64,000 nucleotides of DNA from Tubulanus polymorphus (taxonomy: Eukaryota; Animalia; Nemertea): positions 26,888,299 to 26,952,298 of the forward strand of contig NC_134025.1 of the NCBI RefSeq assembly GCF_964204645.1. Reading direction: 5' to 3'. Numbering within the stretch: position 1 is the first letter of the stretch; each line of letters begins with the position of its first letter. Below are positions 14,901 through 30,900 of this stretch, in pieces. A model generated the notes under the pieces. It was not told the DNA's origin, did not search any database, and saw nothing but the letters and a program-made list of their open reading frames with translations. A program made the translations under genes and the position numbers.

Positions 14901-15985
14901 GTCGTTGTTCCTGTCTCTCCATCTATTCGAAATATCTTTCATTTCGGTACGTCTCTCCAATGTCTAAACCTTCAACGAAATAGCGATCATTTGCTTGAAA
15001 AATCAATTCACAAAATTCATTTGGTCATTTCACTTTTACGGGCCCTAATAATGTTTATGGCACTTATTCCTTATATTGGTGGCAAAGAAATGTTTTACGA
15101 TTACACAGTTATCAAGTATAGAAAACAATTTGGCTTGTTTCATGTTAACTTCAAGTTTCGTAATATATCTTCCATGATCTTCAGCATTTTTTTCGTTTTG
15201 GGGGAGTTGAAACGGTTGTATTTTTAATACAACGAGTGGATTAGGCAAAACCGCGGTTCTCGGCGCAACGTTACGTTTAGTTTACTTGGTAGCATTTAAC
15301 AGAGGATCGTTTGTCATGTAACGTAACGTGAGAATGCAAGGAAAGCTGCGTTGAAACGCTAACGCTGCTACTAGCACTGAAATAGCCGATCTCGCTGCAT
15401 TTCATGCTGGATTGACTGTAAGTTGTTAATACGCGTATGGATCCGTCAGCTGTGGAGGAGATGGTATCCCTCGGCGTACAGTGAATATATTAAAATAATG
15501 CATGTGTTCAGCAAGTAGCGCCAGAAAGCAGAACGCCGGCAACGATTGGTTGCTACCAAGCGTTGGTTCCGCATAAAATTAGCCATATATGATGGTTGCC
15601 TATGTGTAACTGTCTGTCGAAAGATTCGTATAATGATGCCATAATTTGGCCATATTTTGGCCCGGTTTGGAGGAAGTGCCGTTTGGAAAACCTTGAAATT
15701 ACACACGGATTGTTTATTGGAAGGATTTGTGTTGTGTGGTAGCGGTACGTCATGCGAAATGTGCTCGACAGTTCTGCTTTCCTGCGGACAACATTGATAC
15801 AACTCGCAACTCAGACGCTCGATTCCCTCGATGGGATCGTGATATGGACCAACATGACCCTCGATCAACAAACGGATTATCGCTATTGCGAACTGGTTAA
15901 TTTCAGAGTAGGAGTAAAAAAGGATTACTTGTTTGGTAGGAAAATCGTTCAGTGGTAGTGGATTGTAAACTGGAATATATTCATC

Positions 15986-18900
15986 ATGGAGCCGTATGAT
16001 TTAAGTTTGATGTTAAGTGTATTGGTTGCGCTGAGTGCACAGCTTCTGGCGGCTGTAGATGAAGGTCTCACGACAGGACACTTGGCCAGAAGTATTCGTT
16101 ACTCTGTTGATTCGGGGAGGTCAATCCAACCTCTGACATCTTTGAGTAGGAGAGACCTGCCGAAAAATGAGCTTCCGTCTCGTGAAGATATACAAAATCT
16201 TATCAAAAAGGATGCGGTTTTCGCAGCTCTGGAACTGATTGAAGAGACGAAAGATTTAAACAATGAGAAGAATTGTACTCGCACAAGTTTAAATCATTTC
16301 ATTAATGATCATCATTATAAATTCCCTAGTAGTTCGCAAGTCAAGCAATTCACCCGTCAAATGGAAAATGCTGTAAAAACTGCCAATCTGTTAGGTAGTG
16401 TATTTCAATCCGTGAAATCTGTAAAAAGTAATAATAACGTATATAATAATGGATTTTATTATTCTATCGTGCGCAGTAACTGTGAAAGTGATAGTACACT
16501 TTTTGGGTGTAGCATAGCATTTGCCCTTCATAAATACAATGGCATGAAGTCATTTTGCCCGTACGCCTACAGAGACAAGGGTTCTGGGCAAATCATTGTC
16601 AAAGACCTATCTAGGAATCTATACTACGCCCACAATAGAACCACAGGATGTGACTGGTTCACCAAGCAGCGAGAAAAAGATTTCTCATACTTGTACAAAA
16701 AACATAACGTATCATTCCCGGTTCTGGAAGATGATGCTAGGAAAAGAATAAATAACGTGTCATTGATCATGGCAAGCAAGGATGAGGGTTATTGGTCACT
16801 ACCCTACTTCGACTGTCGCCATGGAAGCACGTGGCTGATAACGTATTCTGTACCATTCTTTGGGACGAACAAGGAATTCATGTAAGCAATATTTATTTTC
16901 TGATTTGCATATCACTTTTTTATGGTATATATCGTATTTATACACTACGGTAATAGTCAGGAGCAGTAACTTTATAGAAGTCTCGAAAGCAGCTGTCGCA
17001 ACTAATATAACACATTTCTATGATAACATCGAATGTCGTTATTAAATTGACATTTCAATCGAGAATCGATTTCAGCACAGCCCTTAAATATTATGAAAAA
17101 AACTTTGACCTAGCTAATTGAATTTCAATGCGTTTTCACGACATCGAATTTCAATATGTGCAAATAACATTTGGAGTGCAGCATTTCTGCTGAATTAATT
17201 CGGTTATGTCCGATTAAGAGTTCATAGAAAGTGGAAGGCAAAGCTTTGCCAAATGTATATTTACAGCATTCGTGGACATTATATCAACGTGGCCCATCCA
17301 TTAACAGTCCTAATGCCTGTTGGCTAATAGACTCGATCAGGGTCGAACCATTGACTAACATCATACATAATCAAGACATGGCCGATATCAAGTACTTTAA
17401 TCCGAGATATGCCTTCCTAGTGTTATTTTCCTGTTTTCTCCAAAAGCTACTTTGTCTGTAAGGTTAATTCTACTACTCGATCTAACCAGCTCCTGGACTA
17501 CTCCTCGTGGTCGTACTATTTCCTTGCCTTCAGATTCTTTCATTACGATGTTTATTTTGTTTGGTAGTTTCTGTTTGCGAGTTTCTATCTTAAACAGTGT
17601 GAAAATGAACAGAAACAGTGTGAAAATGTGTACTGTGTAAATTGTAAGTGCGGTCGTTCGCTTTCAGGTGTTTTATGAATATCAATACGTGCATGTAGTT
17701 GTGGATAGTATGAAATGAAATGACTGTACCTTGTTTTGCTGTACAGATGGTTCTTTGTATATATTCATATATGATTTGTGTTGTAAGCTGAGAGAGCGAT
17801 TATGTGAGTGTGTGTGTGTGTGTGTGTGAATGTTATCCACTGTTTGCAGATGAGCAAGAAGTCGTAGAAGAACTGAATGAACGAAACGAAATGAATTCGA
17901 CGGGTTGTTCCTCGGGTATATCACGGATGTTATGCATTCTGATATCGATTCTGATCGAGCCAAGAATAAATCAATTTAACCATAACTGTTACAAATATAA
18001 TGAGAAGGGCGTTCTCCCTAGTTGTCAGAATTGGAACCTCACATCGATAGCCAATTATACAAACACGAACGGATCAAGTTTCGAAGATTGCGCTTGAACT
18101 ATTAGAAGATATGGTAAACCTGAAAAAACAAAAATAAACAGGCGGGGCAGACAACCAGCCAGACTGGTGGAAAACAGGAATGTGGATGGATGATAACTCG
18201 CTGCCAGCTACAATCACATCACCCGTGTGACGCTGTGTTGCTTATAGGGATACCTCAGTTGAACCCAACATTTTCATACGTGTCGTAACTTAATGTTATA
18301 TATCATCATAATTATCATCAGTACGAAACAGCAACAGATTATAATCGTCATCTTGTACAACTGGCACGTGCATCACGTGGCATAATTTATGAAATTATAC
18401 TTATACTGAACTCTTGCTCGTAGATAAGTGAATTCGCACTAATCTCGACGCAGAGCGGCATTAACATTAATTGCAATTGTGTCCTTTTTGTTATGAATAA
18501 GAGATCTTTCGTTTTTCGAAGGAATAATCTGCCAAATCCGATTCGTGGCATAGAATAAGATAGTGCACGCCTACGTCACTATTATCTTATAAAAGAATAA
18601 TCTGACCAAATCAGATCGTCATTGAATTACGTGAATCACCGTGATGCATTTGATCCAGCGTCCCAAGACATCTCGCGCAGTATCTGACCAAGAGTGCAAT
18701 TCCATACATGAGATATTAAGGTAATCAACCAAATTCTCGTGGACAGACCTACGGACACATACTATAATTTGTTCGCAAGGTGAACCACTGGTTGATGCGG
18801 TGGCAATCCATAATTAGGAAACACGGCCGCTTGTCCCGACGATGCATCAGCTGCCTTCGCTCGATGTTCCGTATGCAAATTAATATTTGCTCCTGTATGA

Positions 18901-21900
18901 ACGTGACTGTCTACGAACAGAGGCAGAGTTTAAGGGAATTATACCGTCCGATCGCTTGAAGCGTACGCCGTAAATCATAGCGATGCGTCAGTTCGACGAG
19001 ATGCCGTTACATAGACGGTCTTGTATCAGTGTCCACTAATTGACTATGCCTCATTACCTCTTTCAGCAACTCGTCGTCCTCGCTGAAGAATCCTATCGCT
19101 TACTTAATTTCCGTGAACACATTTGCCGTGTTATATAGCAGCTTTTATTGACGTATTATTTTCCAATAATCCAAATCTGATCGACGCGAAAATATTTGAA
19201 CTACAAAAAGGCAATTTGTCATCATAGACAACCTTGCTTGCCACAGGATAAATTGCTTTGCCAAATTTCTAACATACTCGTCATACCCGTTTGTGTAATG
19301 GCTATTTTAAGCTGAATTATTATATATTTGGATACCGGAAGTAATTGGTCAGTCCTTTTTGGCGTGAATCGTGACTTGATCATGTAACGTGACCGCAGTT
19401 TTCTTTCTTTCAGTGCAAAACTTCACTTTATGTCCGAATGTTTGAAGGGTATTCGCTGATTCTTTCAAGGTCGTCGTAAAACAGTGGTTATGGGTATTAA
19501 ATTGAATGTAGCCTGTATACGCCTAATAGGAACGACTAGCACTATCTGAAGTTAATAGCGTTCAAATTCGATTAATTGTGCTAAACATGATTCAACTTTG
19601 GAAATTGAAAAATATTACTGAACAATAAGAACAGCTGTTTCACCGCTCGTTATGCATCGTCTAACCCTAGTTTCAGGCAGAAATCTATTTGCTTTGACAA
19701 CGACGTAAAAGGCATATGTTGCGCGACACATGTGCGTATATTATCAGCACGTCTCAAAAATACAAAGAATCAGTTGAAATAACTTAAAAAATCTGATTGA
19801 CTTTTCTTCTCAGCATAGAGAATGATTATTATCATTTCACGGCTGGAATTATTATCAGTTGTGCTAAGCGACCTCTCTGGATGGTTCGGTGTTATCTGCC
19901 ACCACAATCATCTACGGTTTTAGTACGATGACGTTGTAAGCGTAATCTCTTACTTATTGTCACTTTCACAAATCTTAAGTACAAGGCACGTGCAACTGTA
20001 CTTAAATATTGACGGACAAACCGTAGATTTTATTAATAGATTTTAGACGATTATTGTCGTAGGGATATGATATGACGGCAGCGCTTCTTATATAAGAAAC
20101 GTCTTATGCGCATTAGCTGAATCAGTAGTAGCGGTAACTATATATAGTTTGTTCTTCGTTAAAGCATGTGGTCATTACACAACGACTTATTCTCAAACAT
20201 GCCGCATGAAATCAATTTCCAAAATCAGAGACCTCTCTCAATTAACTACTATGGACCGTTCATAAAGGACGTAGGCAAAATATGCTGATTCTCCCCATCC
20301 ACCACCACATGGGGGCGTTCGCACAAATTTTCTATGCATGATGAACACGAAAGTTATAAGTTGGTTTCGGTATTTCCTACAAAACTCTACAATTTTGTAA
20401 TTTTCGCTAGACACTTTGATGTATATGTATTTATGTGTAGAAGGCCAAATTGCTGTTAGAACGAAAATCTGTTTAAATCTGTCTACAAACTCGTTAACTG
20501 TTGTTACTTCTAAAACCACACCGCGTTAGGCACTGATTAATAATGATATAATAATAATGCCTCGGTGGCATCAAATGCAATTCGTGATATTGAAAATGTG
20601 GTAATTTCAACGGTTCAGTTGGTGAAAACTACTGAAATATTTATCGTTGCCATTCATTTACGTCTCCCTTGGTACAAATCCATTTTTGCCATGTTTGCGC
20701 GGATTAATTATCGATTATTGGTTATCGGTTGATTGACAATAAATCGCCTATTAGTTACTGATTGACATCAATTCGTCAAGTTGATTCATAATGAAAAATT
20801 GCTACATTAAACAGAGTCGGTGTAATTACTGAAATAGTCAGAATCATCGTTCCCACTGGATATTGCAGTCAATGACGAGAGACCGTTGCTTTTCCATTCA
20901 TTAGCGAAGTTATGGATTTGATTATTCGAATATTAAACGTATGTATAGACGAGATTTCATCATTATTTTTTTCTAATTACTCAGCCCCGTACGCAGCCTC
21001 TCTGTTGGGGAACATACGTGTTTAAGTTTAGGGGGAACTCATTTGCTTTCGTCGGGGAATTGGACGTCCTCCCTCCTTTCAAAATTTTGAAAATGTGAAG
21101 CGTTTTTAGATCGGTGGAAAAACAAACGAGAATCAAACGCCGTGCAGGAAAATCAGTGATGGGAAAACAGTTTCTAGAAATTTTCTTTGACACAAAGTAA
21201 CGGAACTCAGGATTTCGTGGGGGTTCGTTCGCACCCAACGCGACTCGTAGGTCATCCTCTATTCATACCGTCAAAATGGTTGACTAATTCGTTGGTCATT
21301 CGTAATCCTATGATATCAAAGAAAAGAAAAGAAAGAAAAATGATTTTTTCGGCACTTATTTGATGAACGCTCATTTTCGGATGAGAATATTCGTAACGGA
21401 TAAGTGCAGTTTTGTACATTTGAAGATGTTTCGTTTATCTCGTTACCGTGGTAGTATAGCCCATCGTTATGGCATCTTTCGCGATCTTGATGGTTGTATC
21501 ACTTTCCTATACATCCGTGCAGACGATGTCTGCAGTACTCCTCCACCGAGATTATAGGTTTTCGTTTCCATGGCAACTATTAAGCTTGGGTAGAAATGGG
21601 TCGAAAAAATTCAGGTTGTGGCGCATGTTTGCACGGCCATACAAGGAATATTCAAACCAAGGTCAATTTAGAAGCAAGATCAACTTGAAAATAGAATCCC
21701 GCGGTAAATCTTGTTTTTCTCTTTCGATCAGAATGATGGTTCAATTCGATATCGACATTTTTCTTAGGTTTTCATTGTACCCCTAGAATTAAAATTAAGA
21801 ATTTATTTCCAGTTAGTTTCGTGCTGACTTCGCTCGAATATCGACAACGCATTGCTAATTCTGACGTATTGATGAATGTACACTGTCATCATTTATACCT

Positions 21901-24900
21901 TCGGGTGAAACTTATGATTTTATCACTTTAGTAGAATAGTTTGCGGTTAATTTTGCCTTAGAGATTTTCTGCTAATATAATGAAGTGCCAAAGAGCATAA
22001 AATCATCGCGTGGATTATAAGTGCATGGTAGTACGTCGCGTATATACTGATTCCATATGCATGAGTCCTTTTGCTACGTGCTCGTATTACGAGTCATATA
22101 CGATGACAGCCAGTGATATTTTTACAACGACAATTTCAGTTAAACAGATGTCCAAATACTCCTTCTCCCGCCTCAAATAGTAAAGCTACAATGCCACATG
22201 GCAAATTCGAATTCTGTCAGGTATTTTCGTCATAGTCCTAACTTGCGCACACGAAGATTCAAGATTGTTCCACAGACGAACTATGTTTCTATTATTACAT
22301 CTATACAATTATATTTTATATCTACACAATATCAATATCTTCTCTGAAATTAATAACAGTTTTTGTTTGATATAAGTAGAAGGCTAATAATATATAGTAA
22401 AATTCATTCATTTTTCATGCTTGTACACCCGGCAACGTGACACTTCACTTTCCTCAGCGATAACTTCGAAATAATCGACTTTAACATCTGCAAATGCGTT
22501 ATATTGAAGAGTCAATCCATACAGACTTATATTTGCATTGCAGCAAATTCAGAATACTACAAGTTTTCCCATGTACAAGAACACTTATACAACGCAGTGT
22601 TTCGTCACCTGAAACAGCATTTTGCGTCAATAATTGATGTACTGATGTAGTATGATATTGGAATATCTAGAGGCAGTAGTTGGAAATGTACGCTTAAGAA
22701 TGTACATAACATCTACAAATTTCATTACATTTAACCGTATATCAAAATCATTATTTTATACATGATCACGTACGGTACGTCGTCAAAGGTCTGACAACTG
22801 TTCCCGCATGTACGTCACCGTTCAGATTCAGCCTCATGTTCCGACATCGATTCCACGTTCATCATAATCAGTTCTCTACCATATACCACATACGAATTAG
22901 ATGGTAATAATGCGGCAACCAGTAGTGAGCAAGAGTGACAACATCAATTTGTATCTCTCATTGTATTTATCAGCATATCCTTCACGTTAATCATAGAATT
23001 GCAATTAACTTTAGAACGTGTCAAATATATTGTTTATTGCGGAAGGGTTTTCGGCTTATTGACACCGTTTGAATGGGCATGGTACGGTATATGTGAACCT
23101 AAAGACGATGCGTATTACAGAATCGATAGGAACTGAGTCATTAACAGATGAAGAATACGATATGGAATAACATCAGTATCAGCAATATTACAAATGAAGT
23201 TCTTGTATTTCACATTTAATGTTCACCAGCCATTCGTCTTTAAACCTACGCTAATTGACAGTGCGCTAGCTAGTGACAAACCCGAGTGTAGTTTTCTTCA
23301 CTAATGCAACTTATCCAGAATATATCTTCATTCTTCTTACTGGCGATATTTCGTCGCGATTGAACTCCACCCAGGTTATCAGTTCCGTCGTAAATTTGTC
23401 TAGTCGGAGAAAGATGCGAGACGAAACAATCTGTATATTTTTCTTACCATCGTGTCTCTTTCTGCTGTTCGCATGCGCAAAATAAGCGCCATCGCCATCT
23501 TATTGTTCCTGGGAACTGGCGCTATCGTTACCATGCCAACATGAGCATCGATCTTACTGCAAGGAATTAATTAGGCTTAAGCAGTGCATTTAGTTGCGTA
23601 TTTGATTGCCGTGAATCGCCGTTGTCGGCTGGTATACTTGATGGTTATACATGGTGCTATAATCTTCACCCCCGTCTATATGATCGCCGTATTTACGATT
23701 ATTGGTTAATATAACTGAAAGTTCGCGCATCGACAAAAAAACATCGTACGTCGGCATCGCTAAAGAAAACACTAGTCCCTTATCTTACGTCTTTTCCACA
23801 CACAAAAGAGAAACTCATCGCGAGTCCGTATCGGCGTACGCTTTGTTATTGTTGCAACTCCACTGGTATTTTTCCCAGTTCGAAGCGAATCCTAGTGGGT
23901 TACCTAATTTTTCAAACGCTGGGTTCAATACCCGGGATAGTGCTACTCGACGTGGTTTTTAGATTTTGATATCGGAATAAAACTTTAATGCAAATGCACC
24001 GCGGAACTAGGAGCCACGAAATGCGCGTCCAGGCTGAGAGCAAAATGTAAAACATGATCCAGTCTCATCTTCACCTTCAGTTTATTATTGTACGCCACAT
24101 AATGTATTAATCTTTAGATGTAAAATCGTTGCAAAACCAGGAGAAATTCAGCATCAAATACTTCTTAAGATGAATTAATACGCAACATATAAATGTATGT
24201 TTAGGTTATTTAGACTTCGAAAATAGGACCAATAACTTCTTACAGGCAGACAAAAGCCACCTCTAAATCCTGGGTTGATTAGTCAGAGAAGAAATGCGAC
24301 AAATATAGCATCAAGTCGTCTATTTATTACCAAGATTCCGGTTTCTTCCTATTTAGACAGGGATTGCTGACGTCAGCAAACCCACGCATTTGGCTAAACG
24401 TCAACGTTGATCAAAGCACTAAAATAACCAATTGATAAAAAGCCATGTTCACCAGCCGCTGAAAGGATCCTGCCTCATGTGCAAGTCTTTCGATCGATGT
24501 CATTAGATGCAATAGAAATAACCTTACTTTTTAGTAAAGTTGATTTCAGTATTTGCAATCAAAACCAAATTTTTACAAAATCCCCATTGTCCCAATGCCT
24601 TGGGCTTAACTCAAAATGATTATGGTAGTGTTACTTTGTAAGTTAGATCGATTAGAGGTATTTTGATCGAAATGGGCTTATCAGATATATATTGCCATAT
24701 TAATTCAAGCTGTGGAACCGGCGGTGAGTTCCATGCATACGTTCTCATGGGAATATGGAAATATTTTGGTTAGTTGGTTATGACCACTATCTAGGGTTAT
24801 TTATGAGTTAGGAAAGCCATCTTGTCTTTGATGTCTGATAAAGCATCAGGAAGTTGCATCTTGTTCGTTGTTAACGCGTTACGGCAATGCTGTAATGTTA

Positions 24901-27900
24901 GTAAGAATCTCGTCAGCTAAACTAACGATCAATATATATCGCGTCAGCTATAGCAACCATTCTTCAAGTACAAACCAAATACAGGAAATCGGTTTCATTC
25001 CCGCGATAAATGCTTCTGTGGTCCTGAAATGGCATTCTCTACTGAGCGACGCCAATTTCAGTGTTATACTAACGGTTCCGAATCATATGTCGAATATACG
25101 GTTGCCGAGAAACGATCGTCACTTAGCCAATCATTTTCACCAAATGCTTATCACATGATACCTTATCGCACTATTTTTGTCAAGTTTGACAAGTTGTTTT
25201 TTGCAATTTCTGATAATCGAAAGTGTTCTGGTTTACTTCATGGATATATAAGAAATTTCTCGACAAAATTCGTCGTTGCATTGAACAATGTATAACGGTA
25301 CAACCAATTTTATGTCACAATTTTATAAACCATAAACTAGGGAATACGTTTCTTGTTTCAAACGATATAGCTATCATATCAAAATGGATTTACTGAAGTA
25401 TTAATTCCTGCTTGCACGCCATATTGTATCATTTGTGAGTAGCTGTTAATTCCGAGACTGTCGTCAAAATCGCAAATTAATTCTGGTAACTTCGTACGAA
25501 GCATGCAATGTGATTTGAAAACCCACACATGCATGAAATGGTGTTTTCTAAATTAAATCATTTCACAAGATGATAATCAATGGCACCTCGCGTTGCCGTT
25601 CGGAATATTCAAAAATCCGTGAAGTTTTGGGGGATTGTCGCGTCGATTCAACGCTTAAAGACTAATATGACCGTGACGGACAGACACTAATTTAATTTTC
25701 TCAACGGATTTTCAATAAGTTTACATTTCAATCGGCTAGGATTAAATCAAAACCATCCTCATTTTTCAGACGGGAGGTTAAATAACTATTTTGCGCGTAA
25801 TTGATTGATCGTATAGCTAATTACGATGTCTAATTATCATGTCTGGGTGGCGGAGAAAATCGAATTATCATTCAAGTTCGATGTAGTGCATTAATTACAA
25901 AACGATGTTGAGCACTGCAGAGTCATAAACAATCGTTCCTGGAATGAATCTGTAAACACAGAATCTCGTCACGGAAACTATGAAACCGGTTTAATCGGGT
26001 GTAGATACTGTGCACTGACTTCCGCCGCATCACGAGCGAAAATTGCGTACGCAAAATAGCGCTGCGCGTTTTGCGCGGAATCGAGTCCACACACCGCACA
26101 GCTGGCAAAAATGCACAGAAGAAGCTGCGGCAAGTGTGTATGCACATCATAACATGTAAAATAATTCTAAAACAAATTTTGACTCAACCGAAACAGGGTG
26201 GTTTCCGAGGGTTCGAACCAACCCTTGTTTCAGCTCGTGCCCTTCCGAAAATCTCACGAAACAAACGGGTTCAATGCTGCCATTTTTAGAGAACCCACCG
26301 ACTTAGATCCTAGATTTGCCCCTGGAAAATTGCAGCATTCACTATATACATTTTGTAAACTTCCCATTATTCACCCCAGCCGACATGACGTCATGAGTAA
26401 CTGGTCATATCGTTATGCTTGGTCGTAAGTCAGCTTGGGGTTTGGCCAAGCGGTTAGGGTCTTTTTTCCTTTAATCTTTTTTCCTTTGATTTTATTTTTC
26501 TCAGTTATTAAAGAGGTTACTTCGAAGAATGAAGTAATCATTTGATAAACTGAATTGGATTCATGTATTTGGCCTAGGTTACACCGATAACAAAAACCTT
26601 TTTGAATAAAAGCATTCAACATTCACTTTATTTGGAAGGTCCCCGATCAATGGCGAAAAAGACGCGTCGATTGAAAGCATACTTATACAACTACAAAAAA
26701 TATAATAATTACTGAAAACCATGTATGTTTATCAGGGGATGAAAATTCAAATCAGAATCACATGCCTCTTCTCATCACGTAGGCAATCGGCTGTGGTAAT
26801 CCAATTTACGATTCAGTAATTTGATCAACAGCGCCGGGTCCAAAAAGATCCGTTGCTTTCCAATCATTGAGTCTATATAACACCGCTAAAAAGAACCAAT
26901 ACCGAATAAGAAATGTAAAAGACTTGAATGGAGAGCTGTAGTTTTTTAATATCTCATCCTCGACATTATTTATTATGTACTTACACATTGTATAGTAAAT
27001 ATAGCATATCATACGCAGGCGCGATGCACCTGTCAAGCTGAAATCTAGTAAAATAGTGCAGGAATCCACACTTTCATCCAACATGTATACATGATATCCC
27101 ATATTGTCCTTATGCTACTGTTATATACATGCAAGATTTATATTTTACAACAGCAGTAGCAGGAAATATGTCACCAGAAAGAAAGGGTGAATGTGTAGTA
27201 TGAATGCTTCTAGTTGATGGCAAGATCTGAAAATTGATTGCTATTTGCTAAACAATATTGTCGTTTTTAGAATTCTATCGATCGCGATCAATATCGACGA
27301 CATGTTCTTGAACGGGATTTCATTTATCTCCGAGAAGCAGAAAATGTAGCGACATTAAGTGAATACAATTCATTTTCGATATTAGAATAATACTGTCTCG
27401 GTCGACCGCGTGTTTTAACTGATAATTCAATAAACTGAATTACTTTTATGATCAGCGACTGCTATTTCTACATCTAATCCGCCATCTTTCTAAACAGATA
27501 TAAAAGAACGAAAACAACGATCCGATTCTTATATCTAAGGCGTTATGCAAACAGTAACGCAACGAGTACCGTAAATCGGGTAAACCAGACGGGTGTGGCT
27601 TGAGACAATATGGCTGACGAATAATTGGTGCGTTGTTGATTCGAAGAAGCTCATATCCAAAGATTCACAAGTGAAATTGGTTTTGTTGTCAAGATAAGGT
27701 ATTGAAACAACCAATACCAATGAACGTATCGAGATATATGTGTATGATTTTTCGTTCAAATCGGGCTAGTATCAATTGCATCAATCACGCTCAGTTTTGT
27801 ATCTTGTTTTAAGTTTCAAATACATACAAAGACTCGTATCTTGTATCACAGTAAATATTCAGATAATACTTCGTCGTTTGTAGCATATCGTAACACGTTC

Positions 27901-30900
27901 AGTAACGAGTATCGCGAACACGTTCATCTTGAGATGGAGCGAAACTTACCATCCAAGTTGCATGCAATATCAATCATCATAATTATGCAGATTCTCGGCG
28001 TTTTGTCAGCAGCTTTTAATGTTACACCAGATAACCTTCAGACGTATGTTCTGGAATTTACAATTGCATACCTGTATATCTGTATCGATACAACATGCCT
28101 GACTAACTCGATATATGTAAACTATGGGAAACGGAAGATGGTTATTCGAATAGTGAGGTACACTCGAACGAGTATGAAGTTGCAGAATAAAAAGCAGACA
28201 ACCGTTGCCGTACCATTCATATTACTGGAAATGTGCGAAGCATATTTCAACGCAGCCGATATACTAAATTATTCACGAGCGTTACGAAATGTGTTGGACA
28301 ATTGATGCGAAGCGCGCACCAAAGGTTAATTTGATTTAAGCCGCAAGCCGGGGACGAAACGGACAAAAGTGTTCTCACATACCGGTGCTGATGCAGCACT
28401 GTGAATTCAATGAAATAAAGCAATAATGTTTAGATATGGACATATCAAGCCTAGACTGCCTGTCAATAAATATCTACAGTTCCAGATCTCCACACATTTC
28501 ACATTTTGGTCGACAAACCATCAAGAAGCAAAAGATACGCCGAGCTATCTCGCTCGATGGTCAGTTCGAATAAGACATGCCACAACAACGTTCGTAATAT
28601 ACGAGCTGTTATACTGTCACATCAACCGCCATAACCGACTTGATAGCGAGAGGAAATGAATTATCCTTGAATATTGTAGCAGGTTATGCGTTCAGGAATA
28701 TTGGCCTGTCTTGCGCTACTCTCGTTTTATTAATAAGATAAGTGCATGCAAGTATAGAATCACTGGGGTCTGCAGGTTTAACCATACTTACCACGACAGC
28801 AAATAACTGTTTGCACAATGATACAAATACAGTTCCATTAGGCTCACGATGTTTGGCAACGTGATGCTCTTGGGAGTCCTGACAGATCTTAGGACAACTC
28901 TTCTTTTGAAGAATTATTAGTTTTAAGAATTCCATTGAGAGACGAAAACGACGATATAACTGTGTGCGCGTGTTCGCGTCTTTTCCTGGTTCTATACCCA
29001 ATGTTTTTCGTTTGATTTCGCTTCTGTTTTTCATGCTCTGTTTTGTTTGGTCGTTACAGGGGCGTTGTCGGTGTGGATATAGACCTGAAAAAACTCGACA
29101 TCAACCAATGCGCCAATGACGGTGGTCTGTTTGCTAACACACACCGCTGCCGCGAGGAAACAACTCAGGTAATATCATCTCCATACGAAATTATCCAAAA
29201 CACGACATAATGAAACATTTACTGAGGCCGATTTTTGCTTTTTGAAGATGCTAATTGCAAATCTATTTTTTCAGTGTGTTCCAATTCCTGGCCAGGGCTT
29301 TCATCGAGGCTCATATCGTTGTGAATGTAAAAAGGGCTTCTACTTCCCTCCTGCAGCTCCCGTCAACAAATACTTCAACGGTTCACAAGTGGAAGCGGCA
29401 TATATCTTGACAATTCTAACTAACAAAAAACACGACGAACTTGAATATAATACGGAATTTCAGTGTCTTCCATGTAATGGCTGTGAAAGTTGTACGGATG
29501 GTACCCCATGTTATGTACAATATGACGTTATGTTGCGAGGTATTCCGCTCGGAATTCAAAGCTTCTGTATGACCATCACGTTAGTTTTGGGAATAATCAT
29601 CGTCCGTTTACGGAAAACTCGGGTAAGTAGTGCAGACAGAAGGCTTTGTAATGATGGGAGAGAAAACCTAACAAAAGATTGGTTCAATAGATCCTATAAA
29701 CAATTTTCACTTGCGCCATATTTTTTTTTAAATTCAACTATCCAAGTAAACTCCAAAAACACATTCACTGAGAACCACAAGACATTTTTTTTGCTGATAT
29801 TTAAGAATCTATTATCAAAATCATCATTTTGCTAGATTTCAGTTAAGTCGTTTTTCTCACGGCAACACCTTAATAGTATTATTGCATATATATCTTAATA
29901 CAAAGCACGGTAATAATGAAATGGTTTTTGGGAAAACAAAACAAACAAAAAACATTATTAAAGTACAATATCGATTTCTAATGCTAATGATTATTGACTA
30001 AAGACAAATAACCTCTCATTTGAAAATGCAAAATGAACAACGCACTGAACAAGGTCGTCGGTTTTGCGTCCCTGGTAATTTCATAAATTGAATGAAAGAG
30101 AGAGTATAGGGGCTGCTTTTGAGCACGTTTTCTCATCAAAAGATACGTACAACCGAATTTATCAGCCATTAGCTCCGTGAAATAAGATGCATATTTACTT
30201 AATTGAAGATATGTAGCTGGGTGTATATTTGAAGAAGCCGAATGAGAAAGCGTTGTTATGTTAGACGGTACGGCTGAATATACGTCGAACATTCTTGATA
30301 GCGGTTTATCTATCGGCCACGTATTATATGAATCGCTTTCGTAAACCAGCGAACAGGAGCGGCATGTTGGCAGATATCTGTCGATATTACGACACCTATA
30401 CTACATCTTAGATTCATTCTCGTCTGCTTGACGAACGACGGTGAAACGGTTGCCATGGGAAACCGTATCACTGAACTCCGAAACGCTTGAGGGTTTAGTT
30501 TCTGAGGTAGCGAGACTCACTCTCCAATGGATGCTGACAGAAAGGCGATGGATAATATATCTCTCTTCGATGCTGTTATACAAACTAGTTTTGATGTTGA
30601 CCTAGATTATTAGGATCAAAATGACACTCGGATTCGTTTGACATCGAATATATCGTCTATATACTTCTTATATTCTGTGGTTGGCAATTAATCAGTACAC
30701 GTCGTTGACAAGATAATACCACAATGACTTTCCATATTAGTTATACACCGTTAGTTAATATGCAAAGCGTGAAACGGTCAGCGACTCGTGGGATTGCGGT
30801 CGTCTCTAATAGCTATGATGATGAGCATTTTCGATGATCTATAACGTCGAGTCTACAATGAAAATTGCCAACCCTTAGAAAATAAATCTAATCGTTCAAC

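Noticed and set aside
20253-21240. Possible MITE ends (GGACCGTTCATAAAGGACGT at 20253; CAGCCCCGTACGCAG at 20982)
   Set aside because: Only single ends are visible, with no matching partner TIR or TSD found; too weak to annotate.
27841-29034. 154-aa and 116-aa ORFs in GPR158-like intron 1
   Set aside because: No domain features or supporting splice structure; treated as chance intronic ORFs.
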